Of a stretch of DNA of 64,000 bases, positions 1-28,516 are shown piece by piece. The first letter of the stretch is position 1; each line of letters starts with the position of its first letter. The position numbers and the translations under genes are program-made. The notes beneath the pieces were generated by a model. The model saw nothing but the letters and a program-made list of their open reading frames with translations. It ran no database searches and was not told the origin of the DNA. Source of the stretch: the human T2T-CHM13v2.0 reference genome, Homo sapiens; assembly GCF_009914755.1 (NCBI RefSeq), contig NC_060926.1; one strand, given 5' to 3'.

Positions 1-212
1 TATGTAATTGTACATGCTAGGCTTTTATAGAACTGGCAGCACAGATTTGTTTACACCAGCATCACCAGAAACACAGAAATGCATTACCCTAACATTACAA
101 TGGCTATGTCACTAAGCAATAGGAATTTTTCAGCTCCATAATCGTCTTATGGTCAACTGACTTACATGTGGTTTGTCATTGACTAAAATGTCATTATACA
201 AGACATGACTGC
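1..212 (-). mobile_element. Tigger3/MER7-like DNA transposon end
   Basis: 'tttgtttacaccagcatcacc...ggaatttttcagctccat...catgactg' resembles the Tigger3 (Golem) terminus. Confidence 0.55.
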
Positions 213-540
213 ATATCCCAGGGCCCAATGCCTGGCACACACAAAGCTAAGTTTCACTGGTGTAATTCCCACCCTATCCATCCAAGACTCCTAAAAGTTT
301 AATGAAAGGGCTCTGCTCCCAAAACCCTGTGGTATAAGTAGCTGGGAGGAGCTCGCCCAACTTGGGGCTGCAAGGACTCTTTCTTCCCGCATCTTTGCTT
401 TCCTCTCTCTCCGCCAAACTTCTCTGAAAACCCTAAAGTTGGCAGAAAAATGGAGAATGTTTTCCCTACTAAAAAAAAGAATCTTCAAGGTCTCTTGGAA
501 TTTGTAAATGGGTGCATTTACTAGTCTGTTTTTTTAATGG

Positions 541-3968
<3,428 letters not shown>

Positions 3969-4039
3969 TTCTAGTTTGGTATTTTTCTTATTCAAGTAGC
4001 AAGGAAAAAAAAATAAGTCTACCAAGAGTAAAACAGAAA

Positions 4040-4500
4040 AAAGGAACAAAACTGATAGCATGACTGGAAAGGCCTGGGGTGGTACCTCACTTCAGGCATA
4101 GCTGGATACAGGCACTTATACAAGATAAGTCTCTCTAATCTCTCAGTGCTTGCTTCCCTTTGATCACTTCATTCTCACACAGTTCTTTCCACATAGTGGC
4201 CTGAGCAGCTCCTAACTCACATCTGCGCAAGAAAGCAGAGGCTGTTCCCCAATAGTTCCAGCCAAAGTCCCAGGACTGACTTTCACTGGACCCGTTTGGG
4301 CCACATGCCCCTGCCTGAGCCAATCACCACATCCAGCCTGGCCAGACCTGGCTTTCACGAAGCCCCTTCAGGAAGCGGTTGGGGTCATCCCCTCCAGAAG
4401 GACATGGGGAAAACCAGAAAGTGGCAGGAGGGATGCTTCCTTCTGAAAAATAGGGATGCAATTACCACAAGAGGTATCAGGTACAGGGCTGGCACAAACA
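4040..4500. mobile_element. Old MLT1-type LTR fragment
   Basis: 'cttcaggcatagctggat', 'ccacatgcccctgcctgagccaatcac' resemble MLT1J/K motifs. Confidence 0.4.
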
Positions 4501-5140
4501 AGAGCTATCCACGGCACCATCATGTAGGCGTGCAGCAGGTCCACCATGAAGCAACCTGGCTGCTCCGCAAAACGGAGTCACAGTTAATTCAGTCAATGAG
4601 AAATATCCCTCTATTTGGGTTCCCACCATTCACCCCAGGCCTGGCACATCCCAAATTTGCTTGGTCAAAGGCAAGCAAATTACCCGCCTTTTATGCTGCA
4701 CAAAAAGCTGAAAATATTATCTTACTTCTCTGGCTCAAGAACTTTCTATGACTCCCTCTGGCTACTTATGTGGCTCCCCCACCCTTAATGATAGAAGCCA
4801 ACATTCATGAATCCCTAACCACATGCCAGTTACCTTATGGACCTGCCTCTTCCAAACAGCATAGAAGAGGTTGGTACTCTTACCGCACCCATATTATAAA
4901 TATGGAAACAAAGGCTCTGCAATTTGAGGTAATTTACCCAGAGCCAAAGTTAGGAAGTGCAGAGTTCAGATTAGCACAATATTGTTCCCGCCATTGCCAT
5001 CCCAGCTCCATTTGTTCATGTTTCAAAGTCCTACACCCATCTCTAGCTAGTGGCCAGTGGGAACAGCTCCACAGCAGAAGACAACTCTAGGAACCCCTTC
5101 AGCTTCTGCAGTGGTGGGGCTGGGGAGTAGGTGCAAATGA

Positions 5141-5471
<331 letters not shown>

Positions 5472-5850
5472 TAATGGGATAGGGAAAAGAATTCCTCCAA
5501 GATAAAATTAAAGTGACGTTAGGAAAGGAAGTAGGTGTTTGGTAGCCTTCAAACAGCAGCTGATTTCTCCCATTGGTGAGTCAATTAGTTTTCTATGGCT
5601 GCTGTAACAAATTACCACGAACTGATTGGCTTACATCAACACAGACTTAATATCTTATTGTTCTATAGGTCAGAAGCCTCAAATCAGTTTCACTTGGCTA
5701 AAGTCAAGTTGTAAAGGACTGATTCCTTCAGGAGGTTCTGAAGGGAAAACCCGTTTTCTTGCCTTTTTCTGCTTTTAGTGGTTACCTATGTACCCTGAAT
5801 TGTGGCCCTTTCCTCCATTTTTAAAGCACACCACTCCAATCTCTGCACAG

Positions 5851-6583
<733 letters not shown>

Positions 6584-6803
6584 AGCACTGTGATGGGACA
6601 CTGGGCCCACAGGCAACATAGGATAAGTTCCCATCTCAAGATGCTTAATCACATCTGCAAAGTCCCTTTTGTCATGGAAAGGAACACAGTCACAGATTCC
6701 AGGGATTAAGTTGAGGACACTTTGGAGGGGCCATTATTCAGCCTGCCATGGAAGATATCATGAGAAGGAGTTAATACAAAATGCTCTGGAAACAGAGAAG
6801 GGT

Positions 6804-7129
<326 letters not shown>

Positions 7130-8323
7130 CTAACTTTCCACAGTGGGAAAAATGTCCCAGGAAACCACAGCCTCCACGTTAAATATTCAAATGAGCTAAA
7201 ACCTATCTAATTGGCAATCTCAGCCTTATTCCTTTAAACATGCAAACCACCTAAATTCCCAACAAACCCCCTACACCAGGCCAGCCAAGTCTCAGAATGC
7301 TTATATACCCTTTAATAGATATTTCCAACCACCATCCCCATTTCCTAAGGAAATGGCTGTGTGCCCTTGAGCCTGCCTTGACTGAATCGCCAGTGGCCTT
7401 TGAACAGTGGCACTCAATTCATGGCATGGCCAGCGAGCTACAAAGTGTCCTAGAATCAACCAAGCAAAGTTATAAAAGCAGATTCAGTGGACAATAAGGA
7501 ACATTAGTTTTAGAGTCAAAAAGACCTGGGTTGGGTCCCAGCTCTGCCATTTACCAGCTGCACGACATCAGAAAATTTACCTTCATCCTCCAACTTTGGT
7601 TTCCTCACCTGTGACATGACAGTGGCTAGAGGACCTCATTCATAGAATCACTGTGAGGACAAGAGCAGCCAAGGGTAAGTCTTTGCACAGGGCCTCCCCA
7701 GTCATTATTGGGTCAACAAGACATAACCATGCCTTATCTCCACTTCCAAAACCCAAACAGCTCTCAAAAATGAGTCATTGTAGCTCATTTGGAAGAAAAG
7801 ACTGATATGAATCAATATGCAACTACCTATAATCTTTCTCTATCCCTCTTACTGTGAATATTTTCTGTGGAAATATTAACATGTTTGGTCTCCACTGGGG
7901 TAGGACTCCACATGTGTAGGACTCCACTGGGGTGCTACACATACACATAGTAGATATGCCTTACCACCTTCCTAAAATTGGGTAATTAAATTTCACAACT
8001 TATCTAGCCCAAAGGTTTCAAAGACTGTAGACCTGTATCTTTATGAGGGCAAGGATGAGAATATAACCTGGCCTGTTATTATGCACCAAGGTACCTGCTG
8101 TTCTCATGAAGATGTCAGCAGCCAGCCAGCCAGTCTCTACAAACTCCACCCCCAACCTCGCTATGCTCCTTTCCCTGGAACTTTCCAAGGGGCCCTTAGA
8201 ATTTGTATTCAGCTCTCACAGGCTGAGACCAGGGTGACATCCTGGGAAACCTGCCTAGTGATAGCCAAGGTGTAGCTCCAGATGAAAGGTACACAACAAC
8301 TTTAAATATAAAAAAGCCATTCA

Positions 8324-8629
<306 letters not shown>

Positions 8630-8666
8630 TCAACTAAAGAACTGATTATCAAGCAGAAGCACAAAG

Positions 8667-8949
<283 letters not shown>

Positions 8950-9309
8950 TCACTGGCTTCTTTAAGATTATCAAAGTTCCTCAATGTACTTCCAGTAAAG
9001 TGGGGGTATTTGATGTGAAATTCTAGTACCAAAAATTACTGGTTGTCATAATTGACAACTGAGTCCTCACTGTAGCCCGCAACTCAGACATGCTTATCTA
9101 ATAGATATTTCTCTCCCTATGGCTTCTGACCCCTGAATGATGTATACTGAAAGCAAGTAGCATAACCAACTTCCTCTTGATCATCCTCTTCTAAATATCA
9201 AGTTTAAAAGGGCTACAATACCTCTCAGTTGAAGCCCCAAGTCTTGGTCTTTTGTGGGAAGACAACCTTTGTGCCTTAGTTGTTTTCCCATATACAAAAT
9301 TGGGAGGAA

Positions 9310-9683
<374 letters not shown>

Positions 9684-10006
9684 TTATACTCACAAAGAAC
9701 TTTAAAGAATAAAATTGTAATCAAGAAATCAACTACTGACTCAAATTTTAATTTTTCCAACAAATTTATATTTGAGCCTCTAATAGAGTCTTTCGAAATT
9801 GCCTTGCAGGTGACCTTTTGGATGACAATCCCTAGCTGTGTTTATCTGTCTATTATGTGTTAGACATTAAACATATCCTGCATTTTTAAATCTAAGGGTG
9901 CTGGAGTGAATCAAGTTCAAACAGAGTTTCTACTACATTATAACTGAAACAATGTTAAGCAATTGCTACTCAGGAAAATCTTGAATTTCATCATCTTTGC
10001 TTATCA

Positions 10007-10186
<180 letters not shown>

Positions 10187-10971
10187 CTAGAATGACAGGG
10201 GTGGCATGCCCCTGTGGAAAGAGGGAGGAAAAGATGTCCGTCCAAGAATCATCCCCTTGATGAAGCTCCCACAGCGAAGGCATTATGTGTTGCCCCCTCT
10301 ACCTTCCCAGAGGAGTCCAATTAGCAGTCAATGCTCCATCACTGGCTGACTCACCTCCACATGCCTAAAAGCTCTCAGTGGGTCAATCACAGCCTCCAGC
10401 AGTCAAGAGTTTCTGAATTAGCATCCCAGATCCTGAGAAAGGTGACAATCAGGGGGCCAGGGGCTGGGCCTGACTCCATGCAGCTCTTCAAATCCTTCCG
10501 GGACCACTCTCCACCTGCTGCCCCTGCCATGAATGAGGCCAGTCACCCAGGCTGTCCTAACAACCAGCCCAGCACCCTAGGAAAATTCACCCAGCAGATG
10601 CCATACAAATTTTCAGAAGTACTTAAGCCCACAATATCCCAGAGCTCAGGTCTAATGAGAAAGGGAGACAATAAACAGAACAAAGCATTACAGGTGTTTC
10701 ATGCTGCAGAAGCGGGAGATGAGGAGGGAACAGACGGTGTGTATACGAGTAGCTCCCACCTCTCTGGATGCTTACTTCTGCAGGGTTCAAGGATTTGCAT
10801 TAGGAAACCCTGAGAGGTGGTCTGGTGCAGCTCTCCCCATCTTCAGCAAGGTGAAAGGACCATCTATAACTAGGAATGTGGCCTTTGAGTGTTGGCCAGA
10901 AGCCCAGCTCAGCCACTCACAGGTGGCATGTGCAGAATACAGACCCAGAGTTATCTGATTCCAATGCCTCA

Positions 10972-11683
<712 letters not shown>

Positions 11684-11805
11684 AGGAAGGAAGGAAGGAA
11701 AGAAGCAAGGAAGAAAAAAGGGAGGGAGGATGAAAGAGGGGAGGGGAAAGAAATGGAGGAGAGGGGAGGGGGAAGGAAGGAGGAAGAAAGAAAGAAGGAA
11801 AGGAG
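11684..11805 (+). repeat. GA-rich polypurine low-complexity tract
   Basis: (GGAA)n/(GAAA)n, followed by a short Alu fragment at 11806-11879. Confidence 0.85.
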
Positions 11806-12090
11806 GACCAGGCACAGTGGTTCACGCCTGTAATCCCAGCACTTTGGGAGGCCAAGGCAGGGCACATCACTTGAGGTCACTCTGTTTTGAGTTTCTCAGT
11901 GTAGCTCCCCATTGCCATGTGACAGCAGCAAGCTCATCTGGATTCCTCTCTGCACCCTCTCACAGCCTTACTTAGGATCTCAATTATCTTGCAGTGTCAC
12001 TCTCAAAAGTCCATCTCTTGGCAGCCCTTCAGTGAAGCCAAACAGAGTGGCCACAAGCCTAATCAGGCCTATATTTAAAATAAGTAATCA

Positions 12091-12395
12091 GGTCAGGCAC
12101 AGTGGCTCATGCCTGGAATCCCAGCACTTTGGCAGGCCAAGGTGGGTGGATCACCTGAGGTCAGGAGTTTGAGACTAGTCTGACCAACACGGTGAAACCC
12201 CATCTCTACTAAAAATACAAAAATGAGCTGGGCATGGTGGCAGGCACCTGTAATCCCAGCCACTTAGGAGGCTGATGCAGGAGAATCACTTGAACCCAGA
12301 GGTGGAGGTTGCAGTGAGTTGAGATCACACCATTGCACTCCAGCCTGGTAGACAAAAGCGAGACTCCATCTCAAAAAAGGAAATAAATAAATAAA
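12091..12395 (+). mobile_element. AluS
   Basis: Full Alu. Confidence 0.9.
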
Positions 12396-12438
12396 CATTG
12401 ATTTTCTTCATGATGTCTACAATTATTCCAAAATATTA

Positions 12439-12615
<177 letters not shown>

Positions 12616-13617
12616 TTATAATATCCCTTGAAAGCAAACAGAAGAAATCCTCTATTTCAGGCAGTAAATATGAGGCAGACAGTAGATGTAAGGGATGCTC
12701 CCAAAACTGGGCACTCTGTTAATGACAAAACAGAGACCAGAATCCACATTCCCAACACTCAGTCCAGCGCCAGACCCACAAAACCATTTGGTTTTTGTGA
12801 AAACACTGAATTTTCCCAAAATAAAACCCAAACTATCACTAACAGATGTTTTAGATGGTCAGTCTTCATAGTCTTCATCCTTGTCTTCATTCAATGCTCA
12901 TTCCTCCTTTTACTGCAAAAACAAAAGGTGGCTAAAAGAGTATTCCAGGGAGATCCTGCAACAGAGTTGAACTTCACCTTCTCCTTGGTTGTTAATAAGT
13001 TTTCTTTGAGACGAAGAAGTACAAGAAAAATGGGCTACGCTTGCTCATAAATTTCAGACAGATGCAAACCCTGTTCCCAGGCTCAATAGGCCAGCTCTGT
13101 TTTTTTGCTAGAGATGAACACAGCTCCTGTACCTATACATTTAGACCCAAGAGTTTCCCTATTAGGACACATGAAAAGAGCCAAAAGACATGTTTCTCTT
13201 TTTCATCAAAATTAAAATCCTCACATGCAAAGGCACCCTTTGTTTCCAAAGCCCTTTCCTCCAAGGTCCCGCTGTTTCAAATCTGTGTGGTCTATTAAAT
13301 GCTAAATCATCTGACAGATTTCTTCTGGGGAGACTGTAGTTTCCAGGGCAACATCCAAAACACATATATCTGTCTTTTTTTTTTTTTTTAAGTTTTTGTT
13401 GTTCTCAACCTGAGCTGACCTGAGCAAAACTGTTAGGTGTAGAGTATTAGAACAGAGAATGGGGAGAGTCTTCCTAGAGTCCCAGAAGTACGGGGCTGAG
13501 GCTGGATTGCCCAAGGAGTTCCTGGACCAGTAATCCCCAGAGAAACAGCATTTAGCTCAAGTAACAGCCTCTAGCTCAAGCTACCAGTTCTGTCCCCCAT
13601 CTCCACAGAAAACGGAT

Positions 13618-13977
13618 TGATACAGTTGGCTTTATGTCCCTACCCAAATCTCATCTCAAATTGTAATCCCCAAGTGTTGAGAAAGGGACCTGTTGAGAGG
13701 TGATTGGCTCATGGGGGCAGTTTCCCCCAGGCTATTCTCGTGATAGTGAGTTCTCACGAGATCTGACAGTTTCATAAAAGGATCTTCGCCCTTCACTTCC
13801 TTCACAAGCTCTCTCACCTGCTGCCATTAAGACATGCCTTCTTCCCCTTCCACCATGATTGTAAGTTTCCTGAGGCCTCCCCAGCCATGTGAGCTGTGAG
13901 TCAATTAAACCTCCTTTCTTTATAAATTACCCAGTCTTGGGCAGTTCTTTATAGCAGTGTGAAAACAGACTGATACA
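13618..13977 (+). mobile_element. THE1/MSTA solo LTR
   Basis: 'tgata...cccaaatctcatctc...agactgataca'; approximate 5-bp TSD cggat/cagac. Confidence 0.85.
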
Positions 13978-14550
13978 CAGACCAAAAGAAGATTAATAGA
14001 AAGGGACATGGCTGTGTTGAATGGAACTGCTCGTTACAGAAGACCAGACATCTATCAGAAAACCTTCCCAATGGCGTAGCTAATTCCAAAACTAAAGATT
14101 AATCCAGCAAAGCCAAAACGTACTTCTAACTCTTGGCAGTTCCAAATGAGGTCAGCATTTAATAATGGCAGCCCCAACCCCTAGCAGGAGCACAGCAGTA
14201 ACACAGATGAAAGGTGCAGGTGATGGCCTTCACTAAGGACACATTTACTCACCTGAATGAACAAGCAGTGGGACCCTTTATACCCAGTCACTTGGGCTTG
14301 AAAAATAGCTGGATTCTCCCCAGGGAGGCTGCCCTCCTCCCCCTCCCCCACTTCCCTTATTTAAGGTTGAAGATGGCTGGAATGCACCCCACCTATGAAG
14401 AGCAGTGGACATGGCTGGGGATAGAGCCAGAACAAGCCCTCAAAAGAACACAGGCCAGACTGGAGACTTAGGGCAGCCAAGTGGAACCAGAACAGGACAT
14501 AAAGTGAGCTTGTACATCCAACAGCCATGAGTAACATCAAAAAGGTTGTA

Positions 14551-14803
<253 letters not shown>

Positions 14804-14915
14804 CTAAAACAATTAGATTAAACAGACTAAACATGTTTCTGTCCTCTGTCTCATGTCTCTCAGGCAGCAGGGCTTCCCAAGTATTTTATGCTTGCAGGCA
14901 CTGTCCCACACCCAC

Positions 14916-15000
14916 CTGAAGCCACGGTGTCTTAAGGCTTCTTCTGTCATAAAACGTGCCTTTGGATCCACTACCAACAACTTCTTGACAAGGTCCAGTG
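14916..15000 (-). pseudogene. CHEK2: CHEK2 kinase C-lobe exon copy with 1-bp deletion
   Basis: [25 protein letters not shown], then out of frame (parent continues HPWLQ). tttag acceptor and gtgggt donor intact. Confidence 0.93.
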
Positions 15001-15634
15001 CTAAAGCAACAACTGGGCAAATCACAGTGAAAAGGATAAATATATTATCAGTAATAGTATGCCAGGATTAACAGGTCACCATCCAGAAAGAGCAGAGAGG
15101 GTCTGAGATCATCAGGGAGTCAGCAGACAGGGCCCCCTAATCTTCCTCACTCTCTGTATGCAGAGTACTGTGAGAAGACCAGGAATGATAATGACACTCC
15201 CTGTCTCCTGCTGCTGGGACATCATTCACGACCTCTTCCCTGCCTGTTCCCTCTCCTGTTGCTAGACTCAAGGTCAAACTAATTAAAGCTAAACTTCTAC
15301 CCAATTCTAAGATACTTGGGATGCACAGCAAACTCTCCCTGACAGATGGATGGGTGAGAGTTACTCAGCCAGGGAGAGGCTCCCTGGAACTGCAGACTTG
15401 TCAGAAATAAAGCTTGACTACTCCAGCAAGCAACAAATGCACTCTGACCTGTATATTACAACATAATTATTCCTTAAATATTCTGACATTTAACACAATC
15501 ACCTATGGTATGTTATTTGACATTCAAGACCTAGAATATTATATAGGCTAGTGAATATTATCCTTCATGTCTGGAGTACGAAAAGGAGCGTAAATGGTGA
15601 AATTGCTGGTTTTTTGTTATCTGACTAAGTGTAT

Positions 15635-15960
15635 TAATCAAATCCAGTGAACGTTTCTGTCTGCATCGTATTCAAGATCTTTGCAGCTTTTGACGCCAAT
15701 GATCACTCTCTTATTGAAACACTTGTCTTTTTTTTTTTTTTTTAATTCTGAGGCACCACTTACTGGTTTTCTTCTTCCCTCACTGCTTCTTCCTTTCTTG
15801 TCTTCCATATTCCATTCTTCTTTTCCTAACTTCTAAATATGAAATATCACTCAGGATTTAGACCTGGGCCATTTCCTCTTTTCCTTTTATATAGTTTGTC
15901 TATGTGGTCTCATCAATGTCCAAGATATCATATTTATGCATACAACCTTCCAATTTAAAC
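15635..15960. mobile_element. L2 fragment
   Basis: 'caaatccagtg...gcagcttttgac...tgatcactctc..ttgaaacact' are typical degenerate L2 motifs. Confidence 0.5.
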
Positions 15961-15967
15961 ATTATCT

Positions 15968-16222
15968 GGCCAGGCACGGTAGTTCATGCCTGTAATTCCA
16001 GCACTTTGGGGGCTGAGGCGGGCAGATCACCTGAGGTTGTGTGTTCAAACCAGCCTGGCCAACATGGTGAAACCCTATCTCTACTAAAAAATACAAAATT
16101 AACCAGACATCATGGCATGCACCTGTAGTCCCAGCTACTCAAGGGGCTGAGGCAGGAGAATCGCTTGAACCCAGGAGGCAGAGGTTGCAGTGAGCCAAGA
16201 TTGTGCCACTGCACTCCAGCCT

Positions 16223-16263
<41 letters not shown>
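15968..16263 (+). mobile_element. AluS with 3' end replaced by (TA)n
   Basis: Alu to 'ccagcc', then (TA)n at about 16228-16263. Confidence 0.85.
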
Positions 16264-16267
<4 letters not shown>

Positions 16268-16515
16268 CATTATAGATATAGTTGAAGCTTCCTGTGTACT
16301 ATTTTCCAACCTCATTCCTCTCCTTTTCCTGGAGGTACCAGCTATGCAGATAAAAGCAGAAGTTAATGTCAGTAGCAGTGTGTTCATCATGTGTCTATGC
16401 CTTCATGACAAAGAAAGTTTAAAAACTTGTGTTCCTGGCTTCTGCTTTGGGAAAGTAATATTAATAATGTTAGAAATTATCCAAACATGGGGTGACTTAT
16501 TAAAACCTGCTCATG

Positions 16516-16822
16516 CCAGGTGCCATGACTGATGCCTGTAATCCCAACACTTCGGGGCACCAAGGTGGAAGAATCATTTGAAGCCAAGAGTTTGAGGTTA
16601 GCTTGGGCAACATAGTGAGATTTCATCTCTATAAAATAAAAATTTTATAAATTAGCTAGACATTGTGGTGTGTGCCTGTAGCCCCAGCTACTCAGGAGGC
16701 TAAGGCAGAGGGTCCCTAGAACCCAGGAGTTCAAGGATGCTGTGAGATATATGATAGTGCCACTATTCCAACCCAGGCAACAGGGCAAGACCCTGTCTCT
16801 TTAAAAATAATAAAATAAAATA
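16516..16822 (+). mobile_element. AluJ
   Basis: Diverged Alu; TSD-like aaaacctgct/aaaagctgct. Confidence 0.85.
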
Positions 16823-16829
16823 AAAGCTG

Positions 16830-19000
<2,171 letters not shown>

Positions 19001-19269
19001 TTTTCCAATTTATATTTTATCAGCTTTTTTGAGGTATAATATACAGAGCACAAAATTTATTTAATTTAAATGCACATTTCGATGAGTTTTGACAAATTTA
19101 GAAAGTTGTACAACAATTACAAAAATTCAGTTTTTGAATACTTACATAATCTCAAAAAGTTTCCTCATGCTTATTTTCATTAAATCCTCACTCCCACCTA
19201 CCTAAGTCCCAAGTAACAAATGATCTGCTTTCTTTATAGATTTGTCTTCCATGAAAAGTTACATAGATT

Positions 19270-19454
19270 GGCTGGGCACAGTGGCTCACATCTGTAATCC
19301 TAGCATTTTGGCAGGCCAAGGCGAGCAGATCACCTGAGCCCAGGAGTTCAAGACTAACGTAGGCAGCATGGTGAAACCCCATATCTACTAAAAACACAAA
19401 AATTAGCTGGGCATGGTGGCGCACCAGATAGCTACTCGAAGGCTGAAGTGTGAC

Positions 19455-19458
<4 letters not shown>
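19270..19458 (+). mobile_element. 3'-truncated Alu fused to L1
   Basis: Left arm plus start of right arm, ending at 'ggat'. Confidence 0.85.
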
Positions 19459-25140
<5,682 letters not shown>

Positions 25141-25910
25141 AAAATCCTCTCTTTTCATTTATTTAAGAAATATTTGAAAAGCAAAGATTTCATCATTTTG
25201 GTGCAGTCCAATTTATCTGTTTTTCTTTTATGGAACATGTTTTTGATATTATATCTAAGAAAACTTTTCTTAGTCCAAGGTCATAAATATTTTCTCCTAT
25301 TTTTTTTCCTAGAAGTTTTACAGTTTTAGCTCATACAATTAGGTCTATGATCCATTTTAGTTAATTTTCGTATATGACCTAAGGATCTAGGCTTAGTTTT
25401 TGTAAATGAATAACCAGTTCCTATAGAATCATTTGTTGAAAGAACATCTTTTTCCTACTGAATTGTCTTAGCATCTTTGATGAAAATTAATTGACTATTT
25501 ATGTGGTTGGATTCTGAACTCCACTTAGTTCCATTGATCTATCTATCTCTCTTAATGTGGATTCTACACTGTCTTGACTACTGTTGCTTTACACTGAATT
25601 TTAAAATAAGGCAATATTAAGTACTCTAAATTCATTCTTACTTAGCAAGATTGTTTTGGCTATTCTAGGTATTTTTGTATTTCTATATAATTTTAGAATC
25701 AGCTTGTCAGTTTTTCCAATAATCTTTCTAGACTTTTGGCAGGAATTGCAGTTAATTTGTAGATCAATTGACATCTAACAATATTGAGTCATCTAATCCA
25801 TTAACATGATATATCTCTCCATTTATTTAGGCATTTATCTGAGTGATGTTTTTTAGTTTTCAGTGCAAAGTTTTCACACTTATTTTATTAAATTTATTCC
25901 TAATTATTAT

Positions 25911-28516
25911 TGCTATAGTTTGAGTGTCTCTACCAAAACTCATGTTGGAGCGCTTAAGAGGTGGGGCCTAATGGGAAGTGTTTGGGTCTTGGGAGCTCTT
26001 CCTTTGTGGGCAGCTTGGTACTATTCTTACACTGGTGAGTGAGTTCTCACTCTTGTGAGATTAGTTCTCTCAGGAATGGATTAGTTACCATGAGAATGAG
26101 TTGCTATACGGTGAGGTCACGCTTCATGCTTGGCCTCCTGGTACATGCCTACTCCCCTTTGACCTTCTTCTACCATATTGTGACACAACACTAAAGCTTT
26201 CACCAGAACCCAAGCAGATGCCAGTGTCATTCTTTCCAGCCTGCAGAACTGCAAGCCAAATATACCTCTTTATAAATTACTCAGTCTCCGGTATTCTGTT
26301 ATAGCAACACAAAACGGACTAAGACAGAAAATTGGTACTGAGAGTGGGATGTTGCTGTTTAGATTCTCAAAAATGCAGAAGCATCATTGGAAACGGGTAA
26401 TGGGCAGAAGATGGAAAAGTTTGAAGGAGCAGACTAGAAAAAGACTGTATTGCCATAAACAGAGCATTAAGGATAATTTCAGTGAGGGCTCAAAAGACAA
26501 CAAAAAGATGAGAGGAAGTTTAGAATTTCTTAGAGATTGGTTAAGTAGTCATTACCACAATGCTGATAAAAATATGGACAGCAAAGGCCATTCTAATGAG
26601 ATCTCAGATAGAAATGAGGAACAAGGTATTAGGAACTGGAGACCAAGTCATCCTTGTTAGATCATAGCAAAAATTTGACTGTGTTGTTTCTAAGGCTTTG
26701 TGCCCTAAGGTTTTGTGGAAGGCCAAACTTAAGAGTGATGAACTAGGGTACCTGGCAGAAGAAATTTCTAAGCAAAATATAGAGCAGCTATGTAGTTACT
26801 CCTTACTACATTCAGTGAAATGCAAAATGACAAGGGAAGCAAACACAAAAATTTGAAAATTAATAGCCTGGCCATGTGGAAGAGAATGAAAGAGCATTTT
26901 CAGGCAAGGAATCCAAGGGTGCAGCAGAACAACCAATACTAAAGAGATTAGCACTGAGAGAAGAAAGCCAGTTGACAATTATTGAGACAATTTTTTTAAA
27001 GGCCCTGAAGACATTTCAGAAATTTTTGAGGTTGCCTCTCCAGAGGTTTAGGAGGACAGAATGGTTTTAAGAGACAGAACCCATGCATCACTGCCCTGTG
27101 CTGTTTTGAGATCCTGCTCCCCAAATTCTGGCACAGCCCTCAGCAGCCACCCCAGCCATGGCACAATCATACTCAGGTGTGGCTCAGGCTGCCATTCCAC
27201 AAGATACAAACCATAAACCTTGGTGGCACGCAGTCATGGATCAAGCAGCCTCAGATACCGCTCATGACAGCACTCTGGAGGGTGCAAGTGGTAAGCCTTG
27301 ATGGCTTTTACAGCCATGTGGTAGTTGCTTTGCAGATGTGCAGAATACAAGAGAAGTGGAGGCATGGTGGCTGCTATCTAGATTTTAAGGAATGTACTGA
27401 AACGACTGGGAGCTCAGGTGGAGACTTGTTGCAGGGCCAGAGCCACTGCAGTGTATCTCCCCTAGGGCAATGCTGAGCAGAAATGTAGGGTTGGAGCTGC
27501 CACAAAGAGTCTGTACCAGGGCAATGTCTAGTGAGTCCCTGAAGTAGACCACCACTGCGACTCCAGAACTATATAGCCATTGCCACCATGCAACCTCAGC
27601 CTGGAAAGGCCACAGGTATCCAACTCCAACCAGTGAGAGTAGCCATGTGGCTATGCCCAACAAAGCAATGGAGGTGGGGCTGCCCAAGGCTTTAGGGATA
27701 AAAACTCCCCACTGTGCCCAGGAGGTAGCACATGGAGTGGAGAATTATTCTGGAGCTTTAAGATTTAGTGTCTGCCCTGCTGAGTTTTGAACTTGCTTGA
27801 GGCCTGTCACCTCTTTCTTCTTTTGGCCTATTTCTCCCTTTTGGAATGCAACTGTCTGCCATATGACTATTCCACCATTGTATCTTGGAAGTAAATAACT
27901 TTTTATTTTATTTTATTTTACAGGCTCATAGCTAGAAGGAACTTGCCTTGAGTCTTATATGAGACTTTGGACTTTGACCTTTGAATTATTACTGGAATAC
28001 ATTAAGACTTTGGGGACCATTGAGATTGAATAATTACATTTTGTAGTGTAAGAGGGACATGACTTTGGGGTTCCAAGGGTGGAATGCCATGGTTTCCGTG
28101 TTTCTGTCAAAAATCATGTTGGAACCTTTAAGAGGTAGGGCCTAATGGGAGATGCTTGGGTCATGGGGGCTCTGCCATTTTGAGCAGCTTGGTGCAGTCC
28201 TCATATAGTGAGTGAGTTCTTGCTCTCATGAAACTGGATTGGTACCTGTGGGAATAGATTAGTTGCCCTGAGAATGGATTGTTATAAAGCAACCCATTGT
28301 ACAAGGTTGTACCTTGTGTTTGGCCTCTTGGCACATTCCCACTTCCTCTTTGGTCTTCTGCCATGTTGTGATGCACTGCTAAAGCCCTCACCAGAAGCTA
28401 AGCAGATACTGGTGCCATGCTTCTTGAACTTCCCAGTCTGGAGAAACGTGAGCTAAATAAACCTCTTTATACAGTCTCAGGTGTTCTATTATAACAACAT
28501 AAAACAAACTAAGACA
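25911..28516 (+). mobile_element. Complete MaLR element (MSTB/C-like): LTR 25911-26326, internal region, LTR 28085-28516
   Basis: Two homologous LTRs (tgc.at.gttt...actaagaca); internal starts 'gaaaattggtac'; approximate TSD attat/tttat; inserted in old L1M. Confidence 0.88.

Noticed and set aside
4296-5090. 151-aa and 106-aa ORFs
   Set aside because: Overlap old LTR/MIR-like sequence; no protein similarity recognised.
12850-13060. Minus-strand exon-like piece (tttttgcag...EDKDEDYED*; upstream gagaag|gtgaag)
   Set aside because: No recognisable protein, an in-frame stop precedes the acidic tail, and the donor is weak.
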